From contig CAYOPN010000004.1 in NCBI GenBank assembly GCA_964405835.1, forward strand, positions 4,082-68,081: a DNA stretch of 64,000 bases, given 5' to 3'. Below are positions 63,485 through 64,000 of this stretch, piece by piece. This DNA is from an uncultured Elusimicrobia bacterium. GTDB lineage: Bacteria > Elusimicrobiota > Elusimicrobia > F11. The position numbers and the translations under genes are program-made. The notes under the pieces were generated by a model. It made no database searches. It was not told where the DNA came from and was given only the letters and a program-made list of their open reading frames with translations. Within the stretch, counting starts at the first letter, position 1, and every line of letters starts with the position of its first letter.

Positions 63485-64000
63485 TGAAAAAAGAACGCAT
63501 TGCGGTTTTGGGGGGCGGAACCTGGGGCGCGACGCTGGCCGCGCATCTGGCAAAAATGGGACATGATGTCGCGGTGTGGGAATTCGTAAAAGACGTGGCG
63601 GAATACTTGAAAATGAACCGTTCGCTGAAAACCCTTCCCGAACTAAAACTCCCGCCGGCCGTGAATATAACGAACGATCTTTCCGAAGCGCTGAAAAACC
63701 GCGATGTGATCTTGTCGGTGACGCCGTCGCACGCAGTCCGCTCAACGTTCAAAGCGGCGGTGGCCACCGGAAATTTGAGCACAGGGCCCCTGGTTATCAG
63801 CGCCAGCAAAGGAATTGAAAATGGAACGTTTTCAACCATGAGCCAGATAATTTCTGAAGTATTCCCAGGCGTGGGTGAACTTGTTATTCTCACCGGGCCC
63901 AGTCACGCCGAGGAAGTGGCGTTGGGGCAACCGGTGGCGTTGGTCTCGGCATCGAAATCGAAAGAAGCCTCAGAGCGCGTCAAGAACATGTTTTCATCGG
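63481..64000 (+). CDS. gpsA: NAD(P)H-dependent glycerol-3-phosphate dehydrogenase (3' end cut by the window edge)
   Basis: My own translation from the ATG at 63481 gives MMKKERIAVLGGGTWGATLAAHLAKMGHDVAVWEF..., a Rossmann GxGxxG. It is open to the window end, so it is absent from the ORF track. It has the classic plsY-gpsA adjacency. Confidence 0.85.
   Translation, partial: MMKKERIAVLGGGTWGATLAAHLAKMGHDVAVWEFVKDVAEYLKMNRSLKTLPELKLPPAVNITNDLSEALKNRDVILSVTPSHAVRSTFKAAVATGNLSTGPLVISASKGIENGTFSTMSQIISEVFPGVGELVILTGPSHAEEVALGQPVALVSASKSKEASERVKNMFSS

Overview
The window is a moderately GC-rich bacterial chromosomal segment, probably from an uncultivated lineage; I cannot assign taxonomy from sequence alone. 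I found no rRNA, tRNA, CRISPR array, transposase or integrase. Gene density is high, and many stop/start junctions overlap (ATGA, GTGA, TAATG).

Housekeeping blocks:
- argB-argD-eno-ftsB
- an alpha-glucan phosphorylase-like gene followed by ispA
- hpf and trpS
- miaA-hflX-pgsA-plsY-gpsA

Accessory regions:
1. **Cell-envelope island (5.4-25.6 kb).** It holds two 'secreted protein with a FlgD-Ig/T9SS-like C-terminal domain + PorV/PorQ-like outer-membrane barrel' pairs. The larger pair sits behind a near-consensus sigma-54 promoter. It is followed by a 993-aa TPR protein, ExbB, two ExbD genes, a Gly-rich TonB-like protein and an OmpA-like protein.
2. **vapBC toxin-antitoxin pair.**
3. **DUF1573-rhodanese-MauE trio.**
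4. **MurNAc/anhydro-MurNAc scavenging cluster.** Genes are NamZ, an SSS transporter, AnmK, MurQ, NagZ and a BadF-type sugar kinase.
5. **Long same-strand run.** The order is tldD-pmbA-MBOAT-SGNH partner-hypothetical-PilZ. It ends in one uninterrupted 15,570-nt ORF of 5,189 aa.

The giant ORF is the most unusual object in the window. It fuses these parts:
- a ChaN/Tiki-like N-terminal domain
- at least four copies of an unrecognised 'YWA-NLPSAAG ... LLLVHEAxE' module
- two beta-propellers
- an HExxH-bearing helical region
- a ~430-aa charged tract
- a MIDAS-type vWA domain
- a membrane hairpin
- two MoxR/CobS-type AAA_5 ATPase domains

Four copies of a 78-90-nt palindromic REP/MITE-like element are also present. 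Two of them lie in frame at the 5' ends of genes for exported proteins.

All functional calls come from motif recognition by eye in the supplied translations; no database search was run.
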